From an uncultured Pelagibacteraceae bacterium (lineage in GTDB: Bacteria > Pseudomonadota > Alphaproteobacteria > Pelagibacterales > Pelagibacteraceae), in the NCBI GenBank assembly GCA_902571015.1, contig CACGAC010000006.1, forward strand, positions 3,941 to 67,940: a stretch of 64,000 nucleotides of DNA, given 5' to 3'. Both the position numbers and the translations under genes were made by a program. The notes under the pieces are model-generated. The model searched no databases and was not told the origin of the DNA. It worked only from the letters and a program-made list of their open reading frames with translations. Position 1 is the first letter of the stretch; every line of letters begins with the position of its first letter. Positions 22,066 to 31,746 of this stretch are shown here, piece by piece.

Positions 22066-23082
22066 TTAACTAAAAGCTTCGACCCAAGTCCCTTGTGTAG
22101 ATGCTTTAGAATACTCTGTTGCACGACCCTCAAAGAAGTTCATGTGCTCAACTGCATTTAACATTGTATCTAACCATCCAAGAGGATTTTTTTGTACATC
22201 GTAAATTGGTTCCAAGCCTAGTTGAACTAGTCTTCTATTACCAATAAATCTAATATAGTCTTTTACTTCTTTTGCAGTTAATCCTTCCATTGGACCCATT
22301 TCAAAAGCTAAATCTATAAAGGCATCCTCATGTTCAATAATAGTTCTGCAAGCTTCATATAATTCTTTTTTTAATTTTGGTGTCCAGATTTCTGGATTCT
22401 CTTTGATGAATTCTTTAAAAATTCTAATCATAGAATTGCAGTGAAGAGTTTCATCTCTTACAGACCAAGTAACTATTTGGCCCATTCCTTTCATCTTGTT
22501 GTGTCTTGGGAAATTTAAAAGGATCGCAAAACTTGCAAATAATTGTAGACCCTCAGTGAAAGCACTAAAGACTGCAACAGTTTTAGCAATGTCCTCTTTT
22601 GAATTAACATTAAATCCTTGCATATAATCATATTTGTCTTTCATTTCTTTATACTTCATAAATGCAGAATATTCTGACTCTGGCATTCCAATAGTATCTA
22701 ATAAATGAGAATAAGCAGCGACATGAACTGTTTCCATTGCAGCAAAAGCTGTCATCATCATTAAAACTTCAGTTGGTTTAAAAACAGTTGTGTAATGTCT
22801 TAAATAACAGTTATTAACTTCAACATCAGCTTGAGTAAAAAATCTAAAAATTTGAGTTAAAAGATTTTTTTCAGGTTGTGATAAATTTTTCTGCCAATCT
22901 CTAACATCATCACCAAGTGGTACCTCCTCAGGTAACCAATGAATTCTTTGTTGCGTTAACCAAGCGTCATAACACCAAGGGTATCTAAATGGTTTGTAAA
23001 CTGGATTTTCTACTAAAAGACCCATCTTTTTAGGTTGGATAATTTCTTTTTTTTCTACTTTGATTTTCTCTGCTACTGACAT
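22066..23082 (-). CDS. nrdB: Class Ia ribonucleotide reductase beta subunit
   Basis: FFTQAD, ETVH..AY (radical Tyr), FTEG, RDETLH. ATG 23082 has GAGGAG 8 nt upstream. Confidence 0.96.
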   Translation of the reverse strand: MSVAEKIKVEKKEIIQPKKMGLLVENPVYKPFRYPWCYDAWLTQQRIHWLPEEVPLGDDVRDWQKNLSQPEKNLLTQIFRFFTQADVEVNNCYLRHYTTVFKPTEVLMMMTAFAAMETVHVAAYSHLLDTIGMPESEYSAFMKYKEMKDKYDYMQGFNVNSKEDIAKTVAVFSAFTEGLQLFASFAILLNFPRHNKMKGMGQIVTWSVRDETLHCNSMIRIFKEFIKENPEIWTPKLKKELYEACRTIIEHEDAFIDLAFEMGPMEGLTAKEVKDYIRFIGNRRLVQLGLEPIYDVQKNPLGWLDTMLNAVEHMNFFEGRATEYSKASTQGTWVEAFS

Positions 23083-25013
23083 GATAAACACTCCTCGTAT
23101 TCTGGTTCTTCGTTAGTTTGTTGATTTTTAGATTTATATACATTGGCTGTAATATCAGTTGATTGAGCATTATTGATATTTTCAGCTCTTTGAATTGATT
23201 TTGATCTACAGTAATAAAGGCTTTTCAAACCTTTTTTCCATGCATCAAAATGAATTCTATGTAATTCTTTTTTGTGAACGTCTGCTGGTAAAAACAAATT
23301 GACTGATTGTGCTTGAGAAATAAATGGTGTCCTATCACCACTCAACTCAACAATCCATTTTTGATTTAATTCAAAAGCAGTTTTAAAAACATCTTTTTCT
23401 AAATCAGTTAAAAAATCTAAATGCGAAACTGAACCTTGATTAGTAGTTATTGTTGACCATGTTTCATCATCATTCTTGCCGTGACTTTCCAAAATTTCCT
23501 CAAGATATCTATTTCTTACATTGAAGGATCCTGACAAAGTTTTGTGAGTATAACTGTTAGCTGCAATAGGTTCCACTCCTGGTGATGCGCCTCCGCAGAT
23601 TATTGAAATAGATGCAGTTGGTGCTATTGCGGTCTTATTTGAAAATCTCTCTTTAAAACCATATTCTGCAGCATCTGGACATGCACCTCTTTCTTCAGCT
23701 AAATCTTTTGAGGCTTGGTTTACCTTTTCATGAATATTTTTAAAAATCTTTTTATTCCATGACTTTGCCATAACAGACTCGAGTGGAATTCTTTTTTTCT
23801 GCAAGAAAGAATGGAAACCCATCACTCCTAATCCAACACTTCTTTCTCTCTCAGCAGAGTATTTAGCATCTTTAAATTGCTCAGGGGCTTTGTTAATAAA
23901 ATCAGATAAAACATTATCTAAAAATCTCATTACATCTCCAATCATATCTGGATCATCTTTCCACTCATCATACTTTTCTAAATTTAATGAAGACAAACAA
24001 CAAACAGCTGTTCTATCTCTTCCATCTTTATCGATACCAGTAGGTAAAGTTATTTCACTGCAAAGGTTTGAAGTTTTAACTGTAAGGTTTGCAAGCTTAT
24101 GATGTTGCGGTATTTGTCTATTAACAGTATCGATGTAAATAATGTAAGGTTCGCCTGTTTCAATTCTCGCTGTTAATAATCTAATCCATAAATTTCTTGC
24201 GGATATAGTTTGTTGAATAGTTCCGTCAGCAGGACTCTTTAGCGCCCATTGCTCATCATTTTCTACAGCTCGCATAAATGCATCTGAAACTAAAACACCG
24301 TGGTGTAAATTTAATGCTTTTCTGTTCGGATCACCACCAGTTGGTCTTCTCATTTCCATAAACTCTTCTATTTCAGGATGGTCAATTGGAAGATAACATG
24401 CTGCAGATCCTCTTCTTAATGAACCTTGGCTGATTGCCATAGTTAGTGAGTCCATCACTTTTATAAATGGAATGATCCCAGAAGTTTTTCCAACTTTACC
24501 AATCTTCTCACCTATTGATCTCAAATTTCCCCAATAACTTCCAATACCTCCACCTTTTGCGGCTAACCAAACATTTTCACTCCAAAGATCTAGAATGCCA
24601 CCTAAGCTATCTGATGCTTCATTTAAAAAACATGAAATTGGTAATCCTCTTTTAGTTCCACCATTAGACAAAACAGGTGTAGCTGGCATAAACCAGAGGT
24701 TGCTTATATAATTATAAATTCTTTGTGCATGCAAATTGTCATCTGCATATGTACTAGCTACTCTCGCAAATAAATCTTGAAAAGACTCATTGTGACCAAG
24801 GTATCTGTCTTTTAGAGTTGCCTTACCAAAATCAGTTAGGTTTGCATCTTTTGATCGGTCAATTTTAATTATTATGCCCTTATCATTTTGAAACAGCTCA
24901 GTTTCATTGTTTAGAGAGAATAAATCTGGTCTATTGCTTTTTTGGACTTCTTTAACCTCAGGGCTATATTCAGAGACAGCTTTCTTTAATGCCTGCGATA
25001 GTATTTTATTCAT
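23073..25013 (-). CDS. nrdA: Class Ia ribonucleotide reductase alpha subunit, short form without ATP-cone
   Basis: PATPVLSN, LPISCF, SNLCSEI, TAIAPTASIS, C-terminal CLSC. Confidence 0.96.
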   Translation of the reverse strand: MNKILSQALKKAVSEYSPEVKEVQKSNRPDLFSLNNETELFQNDKGIIIKIDRSKDANLTDFGKATLKDRYLGHNESFQDLFARVASTYADDNLHAQRIYNYISNLWFMPATPVLSNGGTKRGLPISCFLNEASDSLGGILDLWSENVWLAAKGGGIGSYWGNLRSIGEKIGKVGKTSGIIPFIKVMDSLTMAISQGSLRRGSAACYLPIDHPEIEEFMEMRRPTGGDPNRKALNLHHGVLVSDAFMRAVENDEQWALKSPADGTIQQTISARNLWIRLLTARIETGEPYIIYIDTVNRQIPQHHKLANLTVKTSNLCSEITLPTGIDKDGRDRTAVCCLSSLNLEKYDEWKDDPDMIGDVMRFLDNVLSDFINKAPEQFKDAKYSAERERSVGLGVMGFHSFLQKKRIPLESVMAKSWNKKIFKNIHEKVNQASKDLAEERGACPDAAEYGFKERFSNKTAIAPTASISIICGGASPGVEPIAANSYTHKTLSGSFNVRNRYLEEILESHGKNDDETWSTITTNQGSVSHLDFLTDLEKDVFKTAFELNQKWIVELSGDRTPFISQAQSVNLFLPADVHKKELHRIHFDAWKKGLKSLYYCRSKSIQRAENINNAQSTDITANVYKSKNQQTNEEPEYEECLSCQ

Positions 25014-25047
25014 TTTTTGTTAATATATCTTGTTAATATAGCGAAAA

Positions 25048-25094
25048 CAACTATATGTTGTGTGCGCTTGGTGTTAATATACTAAATATTATGT
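25048..25094 (-). promoter_or_regulatory. Tandem NrdR boxes upstream of nrdA
   Basis: Minus strand acacaacatatagttg (25063-25048) and acataatatttagtat (25094-25079) resemble acaCwAtATaTwGtgt. They are offset by 31 bp, the usual NrdR tandem spacing. Confidence 0.8.
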
Positions 25095-25171
25095 AAATCA
25101 ACAGAACATTTATAGAACAGTGAAAAAAAAATTCAACTATAAAAATGAAAAAAATGTAAGTAATTAACAGC

Positions 25172-26626
25172 ATGTCTCAATCAATAAAAATAGACCCCTT
25201 CGGCTTTAGAGAATATGACGCAAGATGGATTTACGAAAAAGACATTAATGAGCCTGGAATCACGAATCTTGGAAAAGGTCTGGGCACCCAAATTAAAGAA
25301 CATACTAAAAAAGAAAATCCAAGAGTAATAGTCGGACATGATTACAGATCCTACAGCGAAAAAATAAAGTCAGCTTTAAAAAAGGGTTTGCTATCAACTG
25401 GATGTTTTATTGAAGATGTTGGTTTATCTCTATCACCAATGGTTTATTTCGCACAATTTAATTTAGATGCTGATGCAGTTGCCATGGTAACAGCTAGTCA
25501 CAATGAAAACGGCTGGACGGGAGTAAAAATGGGAATCAAAAAAGGATTAACGCATGCGCCCGAGGAAATGAAAGAATTAAAAGAAATTACCTTAAATCAA
25601 AATTTTATTAAAGGTAACGGTAATGAAAAACAAATTAAAGATTTTGATAAAGTTTATAAAGAAGATTTAATAAATAAAAATAAATTAAAAAAGAAAATAA
25701 AAGCTGTTGTTGCTTGTGGTAACGGTACAGCAGGAATTTTTGCTCCAGATATACTAAGAGGAATTGGATGTGAAGTAGTAGAATTAGACTGTAATTTAGA
25801 TTGGAATTTTCCAAAATATAATCCAAACCCTGAAGATTTAGAAATGCTCCATGCAATTGTTAAATCAGTAAAAGAAAACAATGCTGATATTGGTTTTGGT
25901 TTTGATGGAGATGGTGATCGCGTTGGTGTAATTGATAATGAGGGAAACGAAATTTTTTCTGATAAAATAGGCTTGTTGATTGCTAGAAATTTATCTAATT
26001 CACATAAAAATTCAAAGTTTATTGTCGATGTAAAATCGACTGGTCTTTACTCAACTGATAAAATTTTGAATAAAAATAAATGTGAAACTTTATATTGGAA
26101 AACAGGTCATTCTCACATCAAAAGAAAAGTGCACAATGAAAAAGCTTTAGCCGGATTTGAAAAAAGTGGGCACTTTTTTTTCAACCAACCATTGGGTTAC
26201 GGTTATGACGATGGAATTAATTCAGCAATTCAAGTTTGTCACTTATTAAATAATCAAGATAAAAAAATGAGTGAAATAATTAAAGAACTTCCAACTACTT
26301 ATCAATCACCAACAATGGCACCTTTTTGTAAAGATGAGGAAAAATACAAAGTGGTTGACGAAATGGTAATGGAATTTAAAAAAATAAAAGACCAAAAAAT
26401 AAAAATAGATAATCAAGAAATAAAAGAGATTATAACTGTAAATGGAGTTAGATTCTCTTTTGAAGATGGTTCTTGGGGTTTAATCCGAGCATCCTCTAAT
26501 AAACCCTCATTAGTTGTAGTAACTGAAAGCCCTACTTCTGATGAAAGAAAGTTAAATATTTTTAAATTCATTGATAAAACATTAATGAAAACTGGCAAGA
26601 TTGGTGAGTACGATCAAAAAATTTAA
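25172..26626 (+). CDS. Phosphomannomutase/phosphoglucomutase
   Basis: FREYDAR, VTASHN, FDGDGDR, GFEKSGH, IRASSN. Confidence 0.92.
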   Translation: MSQSIKIDPFGFREYDARWIYEKDINEPGITNLGKGLGTQIKEHTKKENPRVIVGHDYRSYSEKIKSALKKGLLSTGCFIEDVGLSLSPMVYFAQFNLDADAVAMVTASHNENGWTGVKMGIKKGLTHAPEEMKELKEITLNQNFIKGNGNEKQIKDFDKVYKEDLINKNKLKKKIKAVVACGNGTAGIFAPDILRGIGCEVVELDCNLDWNFPKYNPNPEDLEMLHAIVKSVKENNADIGFGFDGDGDRVGVIDNEGNEIFSDKIGLLIARNLSNSHKNSKFIVDVKSTGLYSTDKILNKNKCETLYWKTGHSHIKRKVHNEKALAGFEKSGHFFFNQPLGYGYDDGINSAIQVCHLLNNQDKKMSEIIKELPTTYQSPTMAPFCKDEEKYKVVDEMVMEFKKIKDQKIKIDNQEIKEIITVNGVRFSFEDGSWGLIRASSNKPSLVVVTESPTSDERKLNIFKFIDKTLMKTGKIGEYDQKI

Positions 26627-26690
26627 TAACGGAAAGATTCAACTAAAAAGTGTTCATAAAACTGTAAAGAATCATTTATTCTAAATCCGT

Positions 26691-26729
26691 GAGGTGATGG
26701 AGGGAGACTGAAATCACCTCTTTTTTTTT
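26691..26729 (+). terminator. Intrinsic terminator-like hairpin directly abutting the next ATG
   Basis: GAGGTGAT (26691-98) / ATCACCTC (26713-20), 14-nt loop, followed by T9 and then ATG at 26730. Confidence 0.65.
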
Positions 26730-26930
26730 ATGGCAGATAAAAAAATTAGATCAATAGCTAAAACTTTTTCTTGGAGATTTATCATTTTTGTTTATTGGGT
26801 AATTTTTGGATACATTTACACTGGAACATTTACAGGTGCAGGGATACTCGGTGTTGGATCAATAGTTCCACTTTTTTTTTACTATTTTCATGAGAGAATT
26901 TGGAACAAGGTTAAGTGGGGAACTGGTTAA
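26730..26930 (+). CDS. Small membrane protein, DUF2061-like
   Basis: RSIAKTFSWR ... YYFHERIWNKVKWG pattern with two hydrophobic segments. Confidence 0.7.
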   Translation: MADKKIRSIAKTFSWRFIIFVYWVIFGYIYTGTFTGAGILGVGSIVPLFFYYFHERIWNKVKWGTG

Positions 26931-26932
26931 TA

Positions 26933-27769
26933 TTAATTTATTGATAAGTATTCAAAAAAAGATCTAATCGATACAATAATTAAGAATATCCCAAAGATCT
27001 TGCTCAATATATTTTTATCTATTTTATAAACTGCTTTTGCGCCTACTCTAGCCATTATCATTGTTACCGGCACAAAAACTAGAAATCCAAGTAAATTCAC
27101 ATATCCAAGACTGTAGGGTGTATTAATGTTATCTACAATTTTACCTCCAGTAATCATTGTCACTGTACCAAATACAGCAATCAGAAAACCAACTCCTGCT
27201 GCAGTTCCTATTGATCTCCTAATATCATATCCAAAAGTTCTCATAAAAGGGACCATTAATGAACCACCACCTATCCCCAATAATACAGATATAAAACCTA
27301 TAATAACTCCTGAAATATTTTTAGCTGAATCGGAAATCATTTTTGGATTTTTTAAAAGCTGTTCTCTAAAAAAGATAAAGAATAAACCAACTATAAAAGC
27401 CATAATGGAAAAGAATAAAACAAAAGCTGGTGTTTTTAAGTTTACTGCTAAAAATGTTCCCCCAATAACTCCAAATAAAATAAATATGCCAAAGGATTTT
27501 ATGAGTTTAAAATCAACCGCATCATACTCCATATGAGTTTTTGTTGATATGATAGAAGTTGGAATTATAATCGCTAATGAAGTACCAACTGAAAGATGCA
27601 TTCTTGTTGCAATATCAAAATCTAAAACAGTAAAAGCATAATAAAGAGCAGGTACTATTATAATACCACCACCAACTCCTAATAAACCCGCCATAAAACC
27701 AGCAACAGATGCTGCTAAAGATAAAACAAATAAAAGATTTATAATTTCATTTATGTCTAAAGTTTCCAT
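26933..27769 (-). CDS. Sulfite exporter TauE/SafE (TSUP) family membrane protein
   Basis: GLLGVGGGIIIVP, GTSLA, repeated LLGIGGGSLMVP. Confidence 0.88.
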   Translation of the reverse strand: METLDINEIINLLFVLSLAASVAGFMAGLLGVGGGIIIVPALYYAFTVLDFDIATRMHLSVGTSLAIIIPTSIISTKTHMEYDAVDFKLIKSFGIFILFGVIGGTFLAVNLKTPAFVLFFSIMAFIVGLFFIFFREQLLKNPKMISDSAKNISGVIIGFISVLLGIGGGSLMVPFMRTFGYDIRRSIGTAAGVGFLIAVFGTVTMITGGKIVDNINTPYSLGYVNLLGFLVFVPVTMIMARVGAKAVYKIDKNILSKIFGIFLIIVSIRSFFEYLSIN

Positions 27770-28773
27770 TATGAGTTGGCCTGAATTGCCTTTTCATTAT
27801 TCTGAACAATAGTCATAATATGTTTAGCTTTTTGAAAATCAGAGTCTCTTGCCATCATGTTATCACTTAAATATCTTTTCCATTCTTTTGAGCCAACTTG
27901 TCCGTGATATAAACCTACTGTATGTCTCATGATATGATTTATTTTTGTTCCTAATTTTACTTCTCTATCAGCATACTCTAAAAGTTTTTCTACAACTTGT
28001 TCCCTTGTAGGACTAATCTTTGTTTTGAATATTTCTTTTTCAATTTCAATTAAAGAATACGGATTTTGATATATTGATCTTCCTATCATTACTCCATCAC
28101 AATTCTTTAAATGATTATTTATCTCTTCAACTTTTGTTATTCCTCCATTTATAATTATTTCTAAATTAGGATTTTCTTTTTTGATGTCATAAACCATTTT
28201 ATAATTTAGTTTTGGTATATTTAAATTTTGTTTTGGAGATAAACCTGTCAAGATTGCTTTCCTTGCGTGCAATATAAATGTTTTTGAACCAGCATCTCTC
28301 ATCTTATGAATAAAATTATTTAAATAATCGAACTCTTCTGTATCATCGAAACCAATTCTTGTCTTAGCTGTAACAGGAATTTTACATGCATTTACCATTG
28401 AATTAATACATTCAGCAACCAAGTCAGGTTCTTTAATTAAACATGCGCCAAATTTATTTTTTTGAACTTTTTTGCTAGGACAACCAAGATTAATATTAAT
28501 TTCATCATAACCCAAATCCTCTGCAATTTTAGCTACTTCTGCTAACTCCTCTTTATTAGATCCACCCACTTGTAGAGCTAATGGTTTTTCTTCAGGACTA
28601 AAAGATAAAATTTTTTTTCTATCGCCATGAATTGCAGATTTTGTTGCAACCATCTCAGTATAGAGCATTACATTTTTGCTCATTAGTCTTAAAAAGAAAC
28701 GATCATGCCTATCAGTACAATCCATCATTGGGGCAACTGATATTTTTCTGTTTATTTTTTTTTTAGAATCCAA
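27769..28773 (-). CDS. dusA: tRNA-dihydrouridine(20/20a) synthase
   Basis: SVAPMMDCTDRH, YTEMV, NINLGCPS, FILHARKA, INGGI. Confidence 0.9.
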   Translation of the reverse strand: MDSKKKINRKISVAPMMDCTDRHDRFFLRLMSKNVMLYTEMVATKSAIHGDRKKILSFSPEEKPLALQVGGSNKEELAEVAKIAEDLGYDEININLGCPSKKVQKNKFGACLIKEPDLVAECINSMVNACKIPVTAKTRIGFDDTEEFDYLNNFIHKMRDAGSKTFILHARKAILTGLSPKQNLNIPKLNYKMVYDIKKENPNLEIIINGGITKVEEINNHLKNCDGVMIGRSIYQNPYSLIEIEKEIFKTKISPTREQVVEKLLEYADREVKLGTKINHIMRHTVGLYHGQVGSKEWKRYLSDNMMARDSDFQKAKHIMTIVQNNEKAIQANS

Positions 28774-30094
28774 GGTCTTTACCCATTATTTTATCAGGTA
28801 ACCATGTTACAATCTCAGGAAAAATACATAAAATTACTATAGCTAAAGCCATAATTATCATAAACGGTATAGATCCTTTTAAAATTTCTGACAAACTAAC
28901 GTCTGGGGTAATTCCTTTTATAATATAAAGATTTAATCCAACTGGTGGTGTAATTAAGCCAATCTCCATATTGATTGTAAATACTATTGCAAACCAATAT
29001 GGGTCAAAACCTAAAGTAGTAATAACTGGCAATAAAATTGCTGAAGTCATTACAATAACTGCAACTGGCGGTAAAAAGAAACCAGCTATTAAAAGAAATA
29101 TGTTTATTAAAATGAACACAACCCATTTGTTAGAGCTTAATTCGACCATGCTCTGCGCTAATGACTGAGTTACATACAGTTGTGAAAGAGTGAATGCAAA
29201 AAGATATGAGGCAGCGATAATGAACATTATCATTACACTTTCTTTCATAGAAACTTTAACAATGTTCCAAATCTTTTTTGGCTGATAAATTTTGTACACA
29301 ACAGCTATTAATACAAAAACTAAGAATGCCCCTACTCCAGATGCCTCGGATGGTGTTGCCACTCCTCCATAAAGTACATAGAGAACTCCTGCTATAATTG
29401 CTAAGAAAGGAAGAATTCTTGGTAAAACTTCAAGTTTTTCTTTTAGAGTTGGTCTTACTCTATTTCTTAAAGCTTTTGCTGCATCTTTATCAATAAAATA
29501 ACTGTGTATTAGAGCCCATATCGCAAACATACCTGCCAACATAAAACCTGGCACAAGACCACATAAAAATAATCTTCCAATAGATGTACCCGTTGCAATT
29601 CCATAAACTATCAAAACAATACTAGGTGGAATTAAAACTCCTAAAGTTCCACCTGCTGCAATGGTTCCTGTTGCGATTTGATCGGAATAACCTCTTTTTC
29701 TCATTTCAGGTATTCCCATTGTTCCAATTGCAGCACAAGTTGCAGGACTAGATCCACTTAAAGCTGCAAAAATTGAACAAGCGCCAATATTTGAAATTAC
29801 CAATCCACCTGGTACTCTCCAAAGCCATCTATCTAATCCTGTATATAAATCTTTTCCAGCAGGAGAGTTAGCAACAGCCATTCCCATTAAAATAAACATT
29901 GGTATAGAAAGTAAAACAAATGAATTCAATCCTGCAAAAAATGTTTCAGCAAATACATCAAGCATTTGAAAACCTTCAAATGTAACCAAAAGAGCTATCG
30001 AAACAAAACTCAAACCAAATGCAATTGGAATTCCAGAAAAAAGTACCAATAAAGTAAAAACTGCAACAATTAATGCTATAATCAGTGGATCCAT
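28763..30094 (-). CDS. TRAP transporter large permease (DctM family)
   Basis: SGSSPAT, GTLGVLIPPS, EIGLITPPVGLNL. Confidence 0.95.
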   Translation of the reverse strand: MDPLIIALIVAVFTLLVLFSGIPIAFGLSFVSIALLVTFEGFQMLDVFAETFFAGLNSFVLLSIPMFILMGMAVANSPAGKDLYTGLDRWLWRVPGGLVISNIGACSIFAALSGSSPATCAAIGTMGIPEMRKRGYSDQIATGTIAAGGTLGVLIPPSIVLIVYGIATGTSIGRLFLCGLVPGFMLAGMFAIWALIHSYFIDKDAAKALRNRVRPTLKEKLEVLPRILPFLAIIAGVLYVLYGGVATPSEASGVGAFLVFVLIAVVYKIYQPKKIWNIVKVSMKESVMIMFIIAASYLFAFTLSQLYVTQSLAQSMVELSSNKWVVFILINIFLLIAGFFLPPVAVIVMTSAILLPVITTLGFDPYWFAIVFTINMEIGLITPPVGLNLYIIKGITPDVSLSEILKGSIPFMIIMALAIVILCIFPEIVTWLPDKIMGKDLGF

Positions 30095-30589
30095 TTACTT
30101 AAAATCCTTTTCATCAGTTAATTTTATAATTTCTGCGATATACTGTAATATCATCAATAAAGCCCCTAACATCATTGATGAATATGGTATCCATAGTGGT
30201 GGATCCCACACAGTTCCTGTTGAATAATTTTTGGTAAATGCTTCCTCGAACATTAAAAATCCAAAATAAAATAAAATTAGGAAAAATAATAAACTAATAG
30301 AAGATGTAAAAATTTTTAATCTAATTATATTTTTTTTGGATAAAAAATCGTAAATCCATTCCATGCTCACATGAGCTTTTTCACTTAGAACGTATACACT
30401 TCCTATAAAAGTTGAAGCAACTAACAGCATAGTTACGAGTTCTGTTTGCCATGTAATAGCTCTTTGAAAAAAATATCTTTCAAAAACAAGTTCAACGATT
30501 ACTAAGATTGATAAGAGTAATGCTAATACAGCGAAAGCACCACATGCTTTAGCGATAAGATCACAAAATTGAAGATACTTTTTTTTCAT
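30095..30589 (-). CDS. TRAP transporter small permease (DctQ family)
   Basis: Four hydrophobic segments, WQTEL and HVSMEW, located between DctP and DctM. Confidence 0.9.
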   Translation of the reverse strand: MKKKYLQFCDLIAKACGAFAVLALLLSILVIVELVFERYFFQRAITWQTELVTMLLVASTFIGSVYVLSEKAHVSMEWIYDFLSKKNIIRLKIFTSSISLLFFLILFYFGFLMFEEAFTKNYSTGTVWDPPLWIPYSSMMLGALLMILQYIAEIIKLTDEKDFK

Positions 30590-30626
30590 AAAAAAAACCC
30601 CTATTTAATAAGAATAAATAGGGGTT
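30590..30626 (-). terminator. Intercistronic hairpin with U-tract between dctP and dctQ
   Basis: 12-bp perfect inverted repeat AACCCCTATTTA (30596-607) / TAAATAGGGGTT (30615-626). On the minus strand it is followed by a T-run and then the dctQ ATG. Confidence 0.75.
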
Positions 30627-30640
30627 CTTTATATATTATT

Positions 30641-31651
30641 TTATTTAACTGCTAAAGCCATTTCCATTAGCTTATCGCCACCTGGAACTTTATCAGCAAA
30701 TGCCTTATGAGAAGATTTTTTCGCAATCTCTACCCATGCAGCATGGTCTTTTGCATCCATGTATACTAATTTTACACCTGCAGCTTTATAAGCATCTTCA
30801 AACTTTTTATCTAAGTTTTCTACTTGAGCTGTCATGTATTTCTCAGCAACTTTTCCAGCCTTCATTAAAGCTTTTTGTTGCTTAGAATTTAAAGCATCAA
30901 AAGACTTTTTTGACATCAAAATTGGCTCATACATAAACCATAGACCAAATTTTCCTGGAGGAGTAGCACATGAAACCTGTTCGTAAATTTTGTAACTTAC
31001 AAAACTTCCTGAACTTGTGTTAGCACCTGTTAATACACCAGTTTGTAAACCTGTGTAAATTTCAGATGAAGGCATACTTTGTATACCTGCTCCAGCTGCT
31101 TCTAACATTTGGTTAAATGCTTTTCCAGCAGCTCTCATAACTTGACCTTTTGCGTCGCTAGGATTTTTAATACATTTTGTTTTTGAAGCAAAACCACCAC
31201 CTAACCAAGCATCAGATAAAACTACAACACCTGCATCATTAATAATCTTTTTAATTTCAGTCATCATTGGACCTTTATTAAATCTTAATGCGTGGTCATG
31301 ATTTTTCACTGTTCCAGGCATTAAAGTTGCATCAAATTCTGGATGGAATTTAGAAGCATATGCTAATGGAAAAGCAGAAATATCTAATTGACCAGTTGTC
31401 ATTGGTTTCCACTGTTCTTTTGGTTTGTATAATGATTTAGCTGGGTAAATTCTAATATCTACTCCAACATTTGCTTTTTTAACCTCGTCAGCAATGATTT
31501 GAACCATTTCATGACGTGGGTCATAAGATCCATCAGCTCTTGGTGTACCAGGCCATTGGTGACTTGCTTTTAGCGTAACTGCATAAGCAGAACCAATAGT
31601 AGTAAAAACAAAAACTAATGAAGTTAAATATAAAGATATCTTTTTTAACAT
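30641..31651 (-). CDS. TRAP substrate-binding protein (DctP family)
   Basis: Signal peptide, LKASHQWP, conserved Arg in MRAAG, EIYTGLQTGV. Confidence 0.93.
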   Translation of the reverse strand: MLKKISLYLTSLVFVFTTIGSAYAVTLKASHQWPGTPRADGSYDPRHEMVQIIADEVKKANVGVDIRIYPAKSLYKPKEQWKPMTTGQLDISAFPLAYASKFHPEFDATLMPGTVKNHDHALRFNKGPMMTEIKKIINDAGVVVLSDAWLGGGFASKTKCIKNPSDAKGQVMRAAGKAFNQMLEAAGAGIQSMPSSEIYTGLQTGVLTGANTSSGSFVSYKIYEQVSCATPPGKFGLWFMYEPILMSKKSFDALNSKQQKALMKAGKVAEKYMTAQVENLDKKFEDAYKAAGVKLVYMDAKDHAAWVEIAKKSSHKAFADKVPGGDKLMEMALAVK

Positions 31652-31746
31652 TATTTTTTCCCTCTATTGTTATTTTTAATAATTGAATTAAAGTGAACTT
31701 ATTAATAAGAGTCAAGTCGACAAAAACTCATGATATACGTAATTAT

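Noticed and set aside
26627-26729. Assignment of the intergenic structure to SAM-II/SAM-V (ACTAAAAAG) or THF-II (TTCAACT...GGGAGAC) riboswitch classes
   Set aside because: Only short fragments match, the required pairings and upstream cores are absent, and the downstream gene is not a typical target. Left unassigned.
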